Positions 48,295 through 62,267 are shown, counted from the first letter of the whole stretch. The stretch is DNA of 62,745 nt, filler included, from Rhabdomonas costata (GCA_019059605.1; 42 parts of 42 records of this genome joined end to end with filler, not necessarily neighbours in it); one strand, 5' to 3'. Made by a program: numbers and translations. The notes: generated by a model from the letters alone, not told the origin.

Positions 48295-51200
48295 GTTCCT
48301 GCTTAGCTCTTAACAGCGGAATTTGGCTGGCCTTTTTATATTTTGCCCCACTTTTTGCTCATCTTTTGTTTCTGCTCCGAACTTGGCGGAGCTGCCAACC
48401 GCCTGATACCCAGCAACGGCTGAGGTCCCCCATCACCACCTCCTGGGGTGTGAATATTTGAGAAGCGGCTGTTACTCAGTTTTTCGGTCAAACTCTGAGC
48501 GTTGTAAAGGTTTTGTCTTGCAGTGGTATTTTCTCACCCTTGTTCCACCCGAGTGGTGCACAGGGGTGAGTTGTGCGTGTGCTCCCGCAGCATAGGCGGT
48601 TCTTTGCACTTCTTCCCTGCATTCTGTGGTGGGAGTGGACTGGGCGTGCCAAAAGCATGCACCACACCCCGACAGGGGTTTCTCGCCCCAGCGTTGGGCG
48701 CCGGTTGGGGAGGACACAGAGTTTCTTTCGCGCATTTGTGTACATAAGGGTGGGACACGTGGGGCAGGCGGAGTGTCTTGGCCTGTTGTCTGGTGAGCCG
48801 GCACCCCCACGTCTGACAACAGAGCTAGAGGACCCTCCGTGTGAGCACCCAGGCTGCGCGCGTCTAGGTTAGGGGCAGCTTTTCTTTTCTTTTCTTTCCA
48901 TCATCGCTCTCCTTTACGGTTATGTTTCTTTTCTGTCTTTACATCGCACAAACATACACAAACACGAACAGACACAACTGTCCCTAAGTCAAAGAATAAA
49001 AGCTGCTCCTACTCCTTCCATCTTCAGGAGCTTCGTCAAAAGAGCAGTAGCAGCCAAGCTGAAAGCAAAGCTGCCCTGCAGCAGCTTCAACATGTCAGCT
49101 CTGCCTTTGGTGCCTTGGAGGTGCGTACCATGGTTTCTTGGGTGCTGAGGAATTGCCGAGGAACCACCGTTCACTTTTGTTTACGCTGTCCTTTCCCCTT
49201 AGCAACAGTTTCAAGATTATATTAAGACCCGAAGTGAAACTGAAAAGATTCAGAACACTCCTCCTCCCAAGGATGACACAAACCCNNNNNNNNNNNNNNN
49301 NNNNNNNNNNNNNNNNNNNNNNNNNNNNNTTAATTAATTAANNNNNNNNNNNNNNNNNNNNNNNNNNNNNNNNNNNNNNNNNNNNGTGGTGGTGTGACCT
49401 CCTGCACGAGAAAGTATACAGAGTGTTGGTGTGTCTGTGTGGGTTCAGGTGGCGAGACATCCAAAACCGAGCGAGAGAGAAAACTCCGCGTTGACCCTGA
49501 CATGATAAGGATGGAATGTCTCAAACTTAAGTGGCTGCAGAAGCTTGTACCAGTGCGACGGTTGGTTAGTGGAAGCGCCCAAGTTGCCATTGATGTAGTG
49601 GTGTGTTACGGCATCAAACAAAACGTTTAAATTAAATGGGCTGCAGAACAGTTCAAAGACATTATTGTGTCTGGTGTGTGGGTATACTTGGTTTATGGTA
49701 TTTGTGTTTCTAGTTTGCAGGATCTGCATGGCTTCTTGTGAGTTTCCCGTTGCTTTATTTGCTTGATTCCTTGCTTGCTGGTGTTTATGGTGGTGTTCTT
49801 GGTGTTACAGTTTATTGTGCTGTTGTGGTGGGTTTTTTGTGGTGTAAATTCTGTGGTTGTACTGTCTTTACGGCGACGTTCTGGTGCTTGGCATGGTTTT
49901 TGGTGGGATTTTTAGTATTGTGGTGCTGTTAAAGTGAGGTTTGTTTCGTGGGATTTATGGGGTTGCAGTACACGTTGTGTGCTGGTAGTGGTTGGATGAG
50001 GTGTTTTTTAAATGTTTGCGCTGTTGGTGTATGCACGTATGTGGTAGTACGGTGATCGTTATGTCTTTGTAACGATGTGGTTTTTCATGGTGTACTTGAC
50101 ATTCAATGAGTGCATGGTGTTGTTGCATTTGCCTTTTTGTATAGTTGTTGCGGTGGTGTGTGCGGTCATGGCTTCAATGTCATTGTTGTGGATGCTAGCG
50201 TACAGTTGATGTTGGTGTGTCGTGATTTATTGGCATCTGGCGTTGTCTGTTGGATGTGGGATGGTTGGACTGGTTCGGTTGATGACATTTGGGTGTTGAG
50301 GTGGTGGCGTTGGGTGTTGATGTTGGTATGTGTTGCACATGGGCCTTCATGTGAGTGGTATTGAGTTGGTCTGGGTTTTCTGTGTGTGTAGTGTGGGCTG
50401 GTGCCGTGGGTTCGTTGTTGGAGCTTTGGTATTTACTGTTGGTGTTAACTGCTTGATGTTTACTGCCATTTTTGCGATTTGCTAATTTAGTGGTCGCGGG
50501 GTTGGTTGTCGTGGTTGGTGTGTTTGATTGATGTTTATTGGATATTACAGGTATCAGTGTCTTTGTGTATAGCAGCCGTCAGTTTTAATGATGGTGTATG
50601 ACCGATGAATAAAGCGAGTAGATACTTATTATACATTTGCAAAAAGGGAAAAAAGCCAAAGTATCCCATTAACGAACCCACGGCACCAGCCCACACTACA
50701 CACACAGAAAACCCAGACCAACTCAATACCACTCACATGAAGGCCCATGTGCAACACATACCAACATCAACACCCCCNNNNNNNNNNNNNNNNNNNNNNN
50801 NNNNNNNNNNNNNNNNNNNNNTTAATTAATTAANNNNNNNNNNNNNNNNNNNNNNNNNNNNNNNNNNNNNNNNNNNNGGGGGTTTGGCCCATTTCCTTCG
50901 ATGTGGAGAAGTGCTTACGCATCCTCCCGTGGTGGACAGGTAGATGGGGACGAGTGGTCCATGGGCGATGGCCTGGCCCAGGGGTGTCCGGCTAACCCCG
51001 GTTGTGAGTTCACGGTGTAACGTACTTTATAAATGTGCTGTCACGGAATTACAGGCTGTAAAGTGGTAATACGCAGTGTAATAACACTGCCTCTAACGTA
51101 CAATGTCACGGATCAGGGCATGCCCGCAAAAACGGGGGAAACATGGGAACACTCAAAACAGACACAGGACGCACCAAGCAAACAGCCACGTGGTGGTGAA

Positions 51201-52855
51201 GAGGAGAAAACTCGTGGGGCACTGAACGGTCTTTTTTCCACACGCAAAAAAATCAGAACAAAATACTTTGGCGGCAGAAAGGAAGAGAGATCACCCATCA
51301 GAGACTCTCGGAGAACGCGTGGAGGCGCGTTTCTTTTTGTGTGGGCGGCGTGTGTGTTGCGCAATGGGCGCTAGGGCAAAACAGAAAACGGGCGGGGAGA
51401 AGGAGTGGTCCAGGACGGCGAAAGGTGATGAGATTTAAGGAAAGGAAATTATAAAGTACACCCCACAACACTTCACACCGCAGGAGGGGCGTGCTCCCAC
51501 CCGCCTGCCACACGGATTTGAGGGTCCAACTCACCTTCAGCGCTCGGGGCCTTACATCGGCCGGTCGTTTTGTAACGTGATAGGCTTTTCTTCAAAATCT
51601 GCTGAACAAAACTTTCAAAGTCACGCAATGAATTGCTTGTTGTGCTTTTTACCTCCGCGGCGTACACGCCCGAGAACAAGCTTGGGGAGTGTCACAAGAA
51701 CCCAGCTTGCCTTGACGTTCGTAATGATCTGCAAGGAACGTAAGCGTGTTATAACTGACCACTGGTCACCACAATAGTACCGAATGTCCAATGTTTCAGC
51801 GTGCCATTTGCAGGATTTCGTTATTCTGAGCAAAAAGAGCGGGAGATACAAGCTGGCAAAAGTCGACATTTGCCACAGCCGAATGCTTGGGGCATGCGAT
51901 GGGACAGCTGGCATAAGCGGCAAGAATTGCCCCAGGGAATGGCGAGACCCCGGGATTTGCCGGTCGATCAACTCCACGGCTTCGAAGGGCTTCAATGGCG
52001 CGACGCGTGATCGACCTCCCAAAGCAGGAGTCAAGGAGGCGCACGCCTCCTCGGGGAGGTGCGGGTGATCCATGGGACAGTCCAAGTAAGTCCCGCTGTT
52101 CCTATGGCCGTAGGGCAGGGCCCCTGGGTACCGGGGCTAACGGCGCTGCCGGCATGGAGGGTGCTTGTTCCGCGCAGGCGGAATGATGACTCCAGATGAA
52201 GAAGCTGGGGAAGAGCTTGGTTGACGACGACTCAAATGGTGGTGGGCATTCCGGCTGCGCGGAACAACCACCCNNNNNNNNNNNNNNNNNNNNNNNNNNN
52301 NNNNNNNNNNNNNNNNNTTAATTAATTAANNNNNNNNNNNNNNNNNNNNNNNNNNNNNNNNNNNNNNNNNNNNCATAGCGTCTTCGTAGGAGCAGGAGAA
52401 GCAACAGTGGCAGTGAGAATTTACTCAGTAGCACGTACCGAGTCGTCTTGATGCTGCATAATGGTCATCGTCTTCAGCGTTTATGGCGTCCAGTGTCCAG
52501 TGATGCCCCCTGCCGTTGCAATGCGTACTTACGCAGTAAAAGACTCTCATTTTTTTAAGGTTTTCTTTTCCCTGTTAATGTTGTTTGGTATCACTCACTG
52601 TGTACCAGGTATTTGACCTCACTGTGCTGGTTACTAGGGTAGTAAGGGGGCCGGGGGTGGGGGCAAATTAAAAGATTGTGGTAGCAACATTTTGGGTGGT
52701 GGGTTCCTGGGAACTAGACTCCATTCCCTGCATTGATTGACAGGGACTACGGTGTAGCTTGCTTCCAGTGCCTCCCAGTGGCAGTCACTCTGCTTGCGTA
52801 TAATGCGTGACCCAGTATCTTGGACAATGCATATTCCTTGCGTTTTCGGGTGCAG

Positions 52856-53748
52856 GTGGATCATCCAGATCATTCGGATTGCTGGCCTGCGAGGGCTTTA
52901 CTCCTGCAAGACCCAGCAGGATCAGTTGGACGCGCTGTTTCTGCCGATGTGGAAAGCCTCGGTGTACCCCGAGGTGCTTGAGCACAGATGCATGCTCACA
53001 TAATGCGCAGGCAGCCCTTACGCCACTGCACGTTCGGGCTCCTTACTTGGGTACAGTGCTGGAAGTACGGCGTTATTTGAGGTCAGTTTACACAGCTGTG
53101 AGCCGAGCCTGGCATTCTTGCGTTTTAACCCTTCAGTTTTTGCATCTTTGTCGTTGCTCCACTGTGGGTGTCCGGTCTATACCGTTGGACGGTGAACTTA
53201 CCGCAAACGTAACCAAGGAGATCCGGCCCCTACACCCGCTAGGAGGCATGCTTTGCTATGACGTGCATCGCCGCGTAGGACGGAAAACCTCGCCCCAAGT
53301 AAGTTCCCCTCCTCAGCCGGAGCCCGCTCCGGCCGCGCCGTGAACTGGTCTCCGCCTCTGAAATAATCCTGTCCTGCTTGTTGTTTTTCGGAGGTGTGGT
53401 TTCATGACCACGGCACCCCCTCCCCCCAAAACCTGCGCAGCACCAGCGTGCACATTGCACATGTTCGTGGGGTTTGCGCAGTACTAGGAAAGGAGGTATT
53501 GAAAGGAAACTGACATAATGGAGCATAATCAAAAGATGTACAGTGGTCAATCTGAGCGAGAAAGATGCAAGCAGCCGAAAGTTTCAATGGGTACAATGGG
53601 TCGGCAAAAACGAGAAAGGTGCGGTGTGCTTTCTCAGCAACACCCTCAGCTGGCGAAGATGCTGCGGTACACCACGGCGATCAACATCATCTGCAACGAG
53701 TCGGACCGGGGCCAGGACCTGGACCCCAAGTCGAAGCCCCCCAAGCAG
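52856..53748 (+). CDS. AMP-deaminase-like protein, divergent, partial, two exons
   Basis: 52856-52973 gives WIIQIIRI...QDQLDALFLPMWKASVYPE and 53638-53748 gives QHPQLAKML...ICNES...KPPKQ. Aligns by eye to AMPD RWLIQVPR...L.NIF.PLFE.T..P..HP.L..FL....GFDSVDDES. Confidence 0.75.
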
Positions 53749-54182
53749 GTACCTTCCTCCACCCAACCANNNNNNNNNNNNNNNNNNNNNNNNNNNNNNN
53801 NNNNNNNNNNNNNTTAATTAATTAANNNNNNNNNNNNNNNNNNNNNNNNNNNNNNNNNNNNNNNNNNNNGTTTTTGGTTAATGGTGACCACTGTGCACTG
53901 ACAGGCGCACGCGCTGTTGGCCACGGGTGCTCGCTAGAGGTGCTGTTGGAACGGACGGTGCCGTGGGGAACCGGAACCGGCTCTCCGCCAAACGTTCCAC
54001 ATCTGGCAACCTCCCAAAACGTCTCTCCTTTTTGCTCACTGTCTCTTCGCAACGGTAGCTTGCACATCAGAAACCGGTTTTGCTTCTTTGTGATGAACGT
54101 TCACCCGCTCACAACCTGACAGTGTGTGCGTGCGTGTACGTGTGTGTTTTCAAATGAGTTAATGCCGGGATCACAGGTGAAC

Positions 54183-54437
54183 CTCAATGAGCGACGGTGA
54201 TTCTGAGACGTTGCTCAAGAAGAGGGAGCTCCACACTGGGGTGGTCAGCAGGGTCTCCCCAGCGGAGGTCCCCGCGGAAAAAAAGGTGCGGAGGTCCTCG
54301 GATTGCTGCTCCCGCCCCATCCCCACCGCCACGGAGTACACCATGGATAGCGCCTCGAGGTCAACGGGCCGAGAAATGGGGGTGGAGGGTGAGTCCAGGG
54401 TCGAGGGGCTGAGCTCGAGAGGACGCCCCACCTGCTC
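54183..54437 (-). CDS. Exon of an unknown protein
   Basis: 255 nt, phase 0/0, CAG and GT boundaries, GC3-rich. Confidence 0.5.
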
Positions 54438-56075
54438 CTGAGAGAAAGGCACCCACTGGCACACGCAGAGAGTGATGTCAGATGGCTGTCGGGGTGCCGA
54501 GATAGAGCCCGAGCTGTTCTGAGTATGCGAAAAAAGAACAAAGACAAATAGCAACTTTTTGTTCTGGAGAACGAAGAAAATACACGCAAAGAGCTGGAAG
54601 GATGTCTGCACAAGAAGGCCAGAAGAGGGATGGGAAAGGAGCACCAGAGAAGAGGGAGGAGGAGGGGGAGCAAGAGTGCAGGGACCCCTCATCCCTCACT
54701 GTGAGCAGGATTTCACTGTGCTTCTAGGCTGGACTGTTTAACGATCCCAACCGCAAAGTTCGCAGCGCTGCCGCAACGCTGCACCTTTCGTCCAGGGGCG
54801 GTGAGCGCACTCGTACTCCTGAGGCACTACGCATTCGTATGCATTCCAAGGCCAGGTGGGCCAGGTGGCCGAAGCCTTGAATGTCATCATGAACCACAGC
54901 CCGCGCCATCTCTCAAGGTCAGAGGTAGGGTAGACACGCAAATAGCAGACCAGAAAGAGCCCCAGGAAATTGCCCTCTTTTAGCTTCGAAGTCCGAAATG
55001 TCTGATATTCAGAGCAGCAGGCAAAACTTTTTGATCCCCGCCACCGGCCCCTAGAAGAGGATCTGTGCGATATAGGTATGAAAGCACCTACGAGACATCC
55101 TGGAAAGACGTCCTGGAAAATGACTGCTCACATGTGCATCGTTGTCAACCCCCTCCGAAAGATACTGAGGGAATCCCAGAGGGGCACGTGCACCGCTACC
55201 GAATTCCCCGTGAAAGCTTCTATTTGAACCCCAGACGACATCTGCACCGCCCTATAACCCCCACAANNNNNNNNNNNNNNNNNNNNNNNNNNNNNNNNNN
55301 NNNNNNNNNNTTAATTAATTAANNNNNNNNNNNNNNNNNNNNNNNNNNNNNNNNNNNNNNNNNNNNGGTGTTTGTGGTTTAGACACAGAGACATAGAATC
55401 GTCTTGTCGCGTCCAGGAAACATCAACACAAGCCACGTCACAGAATTCAGAAATACGACGAACGAATGCCCCCAATGCCTATTTGCGTTGAAACGAAGGT
55501 TACAACGGATTCAGAGCAGTGACACTTGGAATCCGATCGATGCAAAACAAAAGCATCCGCTGTTACCACCCCTTTTGATTGTCGCACTTGCTAAGACATC
55601 CTATTACCACCAAAATCTCGGTACAATACAAACGGTCCACTGCTTGTACGAATGACAGCTCAGCTCCAAACGCTCTGAGTTGCGCCGACTCGGCGCTTCT
55701 CCGAAGAGCACAAGCTACCGCACGCACTCCTGGCCCACCACACGTTGGAAGATGTCAGGGTAATGCGTCCTCAGAAGGCGCTTCGCACGCTCCCGGCGAA
55801 CCTCCCACTGCCGCATGTCAACGAGGTCTGAGTAAACATGTGGGTGTGGGTGGCGGGGGGACAGGACTGCATTGTAAAGGGAAACCGGAACCGGCTCACC
55901 GCCGAACGTTACACATATGGTAACCTCCCTTCTGCCCCGCTTCTCGTGAACAGGTCATAAACAGGAAGAACAATTTTGCTGACGCAGGGGGAGGGGCCTC
56001 AGTGGTGCCTTTATCAATGACGCAGAAAAGGAAAGAAAAAACGGAAAACGGTGGGGAAACATGGGGGAAGGACAC

Positions 56076-56746
56076 CATGGCGGGGCTTCCTCCACATCCA
56101 CCATGGCACGGGCACAGCAGTGCCCATCCAGCCCACCACCCCGTCGTACACAGCGCCGAAAAGTTTGTACTGGCAGTAGAGATTCAGAGCCTGAGCAACA
56201 AAAGGAAAGAGAGGTGTGTGTGTGCATGCGCGCGAACGAAAACAAATCAGGAAAACAAAGTCAAAGCGAAAAATAACAGTGGCCTTCACCTCACATGCAC
56301 GCACAATACAAGGTTAACATTAAGTGGCCTTCGGTGCATTCAGAGATTCAACGTATACTGCTGATACGAGCGATGGAGAGGGATTACCTTCCCTAATTCC
56401 TCACCAGTCCGTTTGTAGTGGAGATGCTCCCGACTCGAACACACAGAACACAGAAAATCATTCGAAAACTGATCGATTTTCGCGTTTACAACCTGACCAC
56501 GCTAACCAGCAGATAAATTGCGTCGCTGGGTGTGCATCACTGATATACACCCAATATGGGCATCCGAATTCTAGGCCATCTCCCCATTTGTATAACTTGG
56601 ACAAGAGCTTACAACCGCAGAAACAGTACCTCGGTGTACTGCAGGGTGGGGGGCTTGGGCCGGTCCAGGACGGTGATGGCCATCACCCCGTCCGGAGCAA
56701 GGTTAGCCCAGCACTTGCGGACAGTGGCGAAGAGATACCCCACCAA
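56076..56746 (-). CDS. C-terminal part of a SAM-dependent methyltransferase, possibly N6A/N4C DNA-MTase-like, two exons
   Basis: About 56746-56630 gives LVGYLFATVRKCWANLAPDGVMAITVLD...LQYTE and 56190-56076 gives ALNLYCQYKLFGAVYDGVVGW...PVPWWMWRK. L.P.G.h.h motif plus terminal P.W.W.K; phase-0 GT-AG intron. Confidence 0.55.
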
Positions 56747-59700
56747 CCCAACACACCAACACNNNNNNNNNNNNNNNNNNNNNNNNNNNNNNNNNNNNNN
56801 NNNNNNTTAATTAATTAANNNNNNNNNNNNNNNNNNNNNNNNNNNNNNNNNNNNNNNNNNNNGGTTTTTTGGATGCTTTCGGGGATCAAGCTCTCTGTCT
56901 CATGAAGTGGTGCTCCTTTATCTTGATTGGGTTTCACAGGCACTGCTGATTCTGATGTACGCTTGATTGCAAATGGGTTGCGTTTCTCTTGTGTATCTCT
57001 TTTTTCTCTTTCTCCCTCTCTGTTGCCGATGGACGTGAGAGTGTACTCAGGTGTACTCAGCGAAATTTGCGGAAAGGAATACATAAGCCAATTTTCTGAG
57101 TTCAACCCCTCCCTTTCCTTGAATCGCTTCTCCTCCTCTCACAATGTAGTCGTCTTTGCATAGCGGGGGGACGCGATTTAGGCCGTTGGAACCATTCGGT
57201 ATCTTTCAGCCTTCTATCCTTCCACTGCGTGGCGCTGCACTGGAGCCCTCTTTGGGTTCTGTACAGGTGTGATGTTGTTGGATAATTGTTGAAAGTTGCC
57301 CATTCTGGGATGGTTCTCGTCACTCGCTTGAAACCGTGTGAGAGGCATTTTCATGCCGAAAATGCTAACGTGTGTGGGGACAGCAGCTGGGAATGATTGG
57401 GTTTCTGCCCAGCCCTTGTCACCCTCTTGTGTTGGGTGTCCGCTCGCGTGTGCGTGCATGTAGATGTATTTCTCTCCAGTTGAGCTTTGGTTCTTTGGTT
57501 GAGGCTCCGTCTTCTTGCTTTCTTGTTAGGTAGGGTGGGAGATCAGAATGGGTGCTGTCCTTTTCTTCGCTTCCAACTTTTTTCCAGGAGGGAGGGATCT
57601 GGGTGGGCCCCAGGGTAGAGAACCCGAATGTGATCTGTTCAGCTACCGCGCGTGTTCGGGCATCCCTTCCCTGACGCGATTTTTCCGCACCACACCACAC
57701 CACTTCAACTCACTCAGTTTTCTGTGAGTGTGTGGGCTATTTTGTCGTTCAGTGGCCAGTGTTTTACGAGAATGGATACGATTATGTGAACTGGCAATCT
57801 GAAACTGGCAAACTGAGGTTTTAAAGTGCTGAAATGTGAAAACTTACGTGTAAGGTTTCTGTGCCCAGGCCGATGATGCCCTGATTTGGTTTCGCTTTGC
57901 GGACATCAGATGAATGTTGACTGCTGGTCAGGCCGGTTCGCAGCCTCATTATTTTTGTTGCTTTGCGTCGTGGTGACACACACAGGAAATTGGTACAGGG
58001 TAGTGGACGGGGAGGGGGGTGGAGTCACAGCTCGTGCCTTTTGTGTTCTGCGTTCTTTTTTGGAGGGGAGTTCATCTGGTTCCCAGCCCCTCAGTAGATC
58101 AGAGAGGGGAAGCAAAGGGAAAGCGAGAAGGAAACAAGGAGAAGGCGCACCAAAATGGATGAGGACCCCAGCGAGATCCTGGGCAGCGCCGCCGCGAACC
58201 TGTTCCGGCGCGCATCTTCCGCTACCCCTCCGCCCCTGGGCGCCGACACCCCCCACACNNNNNNNNNNNNNNNNNNNNNNNNNNNNNNNNNNNNNNNNNN
58301 NNTTAATTAATTAANNNNNNNNNNNNNNNNNNNNNNNNNNNNNNNNNNNNNNNNNNNNGGGTTGGGGGTATACTATCGGTCGGTGCCATTAATGGCCTCG
58401 AGGTACTCCCTTGCTCGTTGCTGGACTTCCGACCTATATGCCCGAACAGTTGGGCGCAGGCCGATGACTATCACTTTCACCTCCCCCGTTCCAACGCAGT
58501 TTCCGCCGCGGCTTGTGACCAACCCTGCCTTTCTTTGTCTGCAGGCTCACAGCTACTCGAATGGTAGTGGTTGCTGGAGTTTCCACCCTCACACAAGAAC
58601 AAAGGGGGTAGCAAAAAAAATTGAACACATTCAATCACCTCGATCGCCTCAATCAGTACCTGATGTGGACAGAAAGGAGCAAGGCAGAATAGAAGGGAAG
58701 AAACTGCATTCTGCGTGTGATATGGCAGGGGGTAGACAAACTCAGGCCAGGCCGATATCCCCCTTTTTTTACTATGAATGTACTTTTTCGTTGGCGACTT
58801 CTGAGGTGCCCCGTGGAATGTTTAGGTATTATTTGATTTCTTTCTAACGTGATGTGGCACTCCCATACACCAATAAGATACCCCAACCAGCTGATATTGG
58901 ATGTCCATCTGTATTCCATCTCTTCCTTGCGAGTATTCCAGCAAAATCGGCGCAGACGAATTTTTTCATTTTGTCAGAATAAAAACCGAATGCTTATAGT
59001 CCATTCCGGTTTCCCTTCTTGTACCTTTTCTTGTGTGAATGTCCAATGCTTTATTGCACCGTAAAAAAGTCCCGAGCCGGACCAATTCCCAAAGCAGGAA
59101 ATAAGCAAGCGAAAATTGTGTCAGGAGGTTCGGGGTGAATTTTTCCGCGGTTACTGTCAGCCAACGAATTAATTTTAAACTTAAGCAAATGTTCCGTAAA
59201 CCGCGTTAGCTGCATAATGTGAGTAACGGCTTGCTTTCCTGGTTGTTGCTCCAGTCCTGGGACCTTGCTTTCGGGTTCGGGATTGAGAGCTCCATTTTCA
59301 GCGGAAAAAAAACTGTGGCATAGGGACGACATTCTCGGTTTTTCGACCAGCGACATCAGTCCGCGCACCAAACGAAGAGTATGGTGTGTGTGGGGGGGGT
59401 GCTGCCTTGTGGATGGGCCCGGTCCGCTGCACCCCATCGCAAGATTTGAAGTTCTCCATGTGCGTTTCCACAGCAATCGATCGAGCTTGGGAACTTCAGA
59501 AATGCGCGATCTCCTTGGCCTTCTATCTGTCGATCGCTTTGCGAGCCAAATAGGGGGGAAAGCAGCGCAGACAGACTCGTGACGATCCCGACACCTTTGG
59601 CCCCCCTTGTCGCAGTGGGCTGGCCTGTGGCCTCACCAAAAAAGCAGCCCCTTACCAATATCAAAGCTGAGAAGCAAAAGAAGAAGTCCTGTGCGTTTGT

Positions 59701-60173
59701 GCTCATAAATTCCATAGTACTGCGGAAACAACACCCACCAACCACACCCAACACNNNNNNNNNNNNNNNNNNNNNNNNNNNNNNNNNNNNNNNNNNNNTT
59801 AATTAATTAANNNNNNNNNNNNNNNNNNNNNNNNNNNNNNNNNNNNNNNNNNNNGGGGGGGTTGTGGGTACTGGCAGGCAGGCCTTCTTTAACAAACTTT
59901 TGGTGCACTGTTGTAAATCAGTTTTGCGAAATATATTCACAGTTATTTTCTTGCAAATAAGATCCGGCATTTCTCAGGGATAAAAGACAAAGTATGCAAT
60001 GGTGAGGCTAGCACCCTAAAAAAAAACAGCTGGTTGGGGACTGGCCTGTTACTTGGATTTGGCGGAGGAGTGGGAAAGCATCAGATTGGGGACGAACAGC
60101 TAACTGTCTTGTCTAGTCTGCAAGTGCTAGCACCCCTGTCGCCAGCCCTAGAACAGTTGACCAATGCTGCGAC

Positions 60174-60332
60174 CTGAGAGTGGGCCAGGAAGCCTGGCCC
60201 CACGGCGCCCACCCGCCGCCCCTCCACCACCAGTGGCACAAACTTCGTGGGGTTGCGGACGTGGTTCAGCGCACGCACGATTCGGAGCAGCGGGGCCAGG
60301 TCCAGTCCCGCGGCCTGCGAGGCGGCCGCCAT
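60174..60332 (-). CDS. First exon of a NUDT20/DUF4743-like Nudix hydrolase
   Basis: MAAASQ...LLRIVRALNHVRNPTKFVPLVVEGRRVGAVGPGFLAH; I...N.....F.P..V.G..VG.I...F pattern; GT donor at 60172-60173. Confidence 0.55.
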
Positions 60333-62267
60333 GCTTTTGGGACGAACCCGCAGCACCCACCTTTCCCTTCCTTTCTGCAGAAGAAAAGCTTTGCTTTCTT
60401 AGTAGAGTGAATATAAAGCCAGGTCGCTGCACTGCAAACTCAGAGCCCATGCTTTTCAGCCCTGGCCACACCAGAACAAATGGAGAAACGCCGTATGCCT
60501 ATACGGAAGCCCATCGGCATCAAGGAGCGTTCCTAGGACTTCGCCTGGAAGCTCGTAAAATCCAACATTCTGAGTTCCGGGATGTACCTTGCTTTAAGAC
60601 AGCAAACAACGAGGGCCCTTATTACCACCCGTGGGACGGCGGACGACCACTGACCAACCCTCGTTAAAAAGATCGCTGGGAAAGCCGAGAGAGATCAGCA
60701 GTTTGGGCGCCAGTGTGGCTGTGTGGTTGAAAATGGACAAAGACGCATCTCCAAGGGCCCCACACCTCAAGAAAAGCAAGCCACGTATCTCCAAAGAAAA
60801 TACGAGGGCAGAGCTTGGGCAGGGCGCGGGGTTGGGCACCGTCGGCAGAGCGAACAATTCTGACTTACAGGGCTTATCATTCTCATAGCGGGTATACCCA
60901 AAAGAAAGATGCAGGGACCGAAGAGCAGGTTGGCATTAGGAACGCTACACACATGCATGTCCACTAGTGACAATTCAAAACCGGTGGCCATCCAACTTTC
61001 TCTAAATACTTGTGATTCGAATCGATGGCAAAACCTTACTCAAGGCGACAATCGTCATCAAAGAAGATCATCACAGATCATAAAGCCGCAAAGCGATAAA
61101 GCGTTATCCAGCCATAGCCACGAGGCACCAAGAAGTCAAGAAGCAAATACATAAAACCATACATAATGCATACATTTTTGTTGAATACATGGTCAACACC
61201 TAAGGTTGAGGAAGAACGGGGAATTCGCGAGCGCTTGCATTCCAACACCCNNNNNNNNNNNNNNNNNNNNNNNNNNNNNNNNNNNNNNNNNNNNTTAATT
61301 AATTAANNNNNNNNNNNNNNNNNNNNNNNNNNNNNNNNNNNNNNNNNNNNGGGGGGGGGGGGTGAATGAACAAGACCACAAAATGCACGTGACCCCACAC
61401 TGAAATCTAGTTCTCTGAAAAAAAAACAAAAGAGAAAGGAGAGAGTATTCCCGGCAAGAAGGTCAACCTCCAACGGCAAAGGTGCGCAAGCCCAACTTTT
61501 CCTTGTAGGCCCTCGAAGCGTGAACGTGCTCCCTCCAGCGCTGGAACAAGCTCTCCCGGAGTAAGTTCTTACGGATCTCCGCTTCGGTCTCCAAGGGAAA
61601 GGTCTTGTCGAAGCAGCTGCCCCAAGGAGGGAAAACGGGACCAAAGGTAAAGAAACCGAAAAAGATAAGCCAAATATTTCAACCTCCTAACACCGGGCCC
61701 AAGTAGAGAGTAGGCGGCCGGAAGCACTGAGTCAACAGAGGAGGATTTGGATTATAGGTTAATTTTTTAAAGTAGAGAGAGGCCAAAACATTATCAGTTT
61801 AACTCACCCCCCCCCTATTCCTAACATCCCCTGAAAACTGATGATAAAAGCCCGCCTTGAGGAGGTGCATCGGATACATCCCCAGTATTCTACGGGCATT
61901 CTATGAATGTCCAGTGGCCAAAGTCCGGCACAAATGCTGCACACAATTTTGGGTGCGTTGCACACAGCATACATTCGAAGGACATAGCACGCGAAAGGCA
62001 ATAGCACTACATACAAAAGACGAACGGTTTGCATCACTCAGAAGTGCATCGCCATCCTCCTAAAACCCCATGACATCCTCAGTCAGAAATTCACAAACAA
62101 TCTTCTCGTCTCCGCACCCTGCCCGGCTGTACCGACGCCAAGCCCCAAAAGGACGCCATAAAATGAAAAGCCTTAACTCACCACCCCCGACAAAATCTCC
62201 CGACCGCACTGCGCCGGAAGAAAGAAACAGAGAGGAAACGCCGAAGGGGTGCCCAGGTCAAGCATAC

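Noticed and set aside
57715-57750. TTTTCTGTGAGTGTGTGGGCTATTTTGTCG as a euglenid spliced-leader exon
   Set aside because: Only a loose, gapped resemblance to the leader as I recall it, with no supporting SL-RNA context.
1398-61350. Regularly spaced identical TTAATTAATTAA repeats as a CRISPR-like or biological array
   Set aside because: They sit inside N runs of fixed length and form a six-frame stop linker; no cas genes are present.
4442-61644. ORFs in the supplied track containing X runs or ending in LIN
   Set aside because: They read through N linkers. Most other listed ORFs are shadow frames or exon-plus-intron read-throughs.
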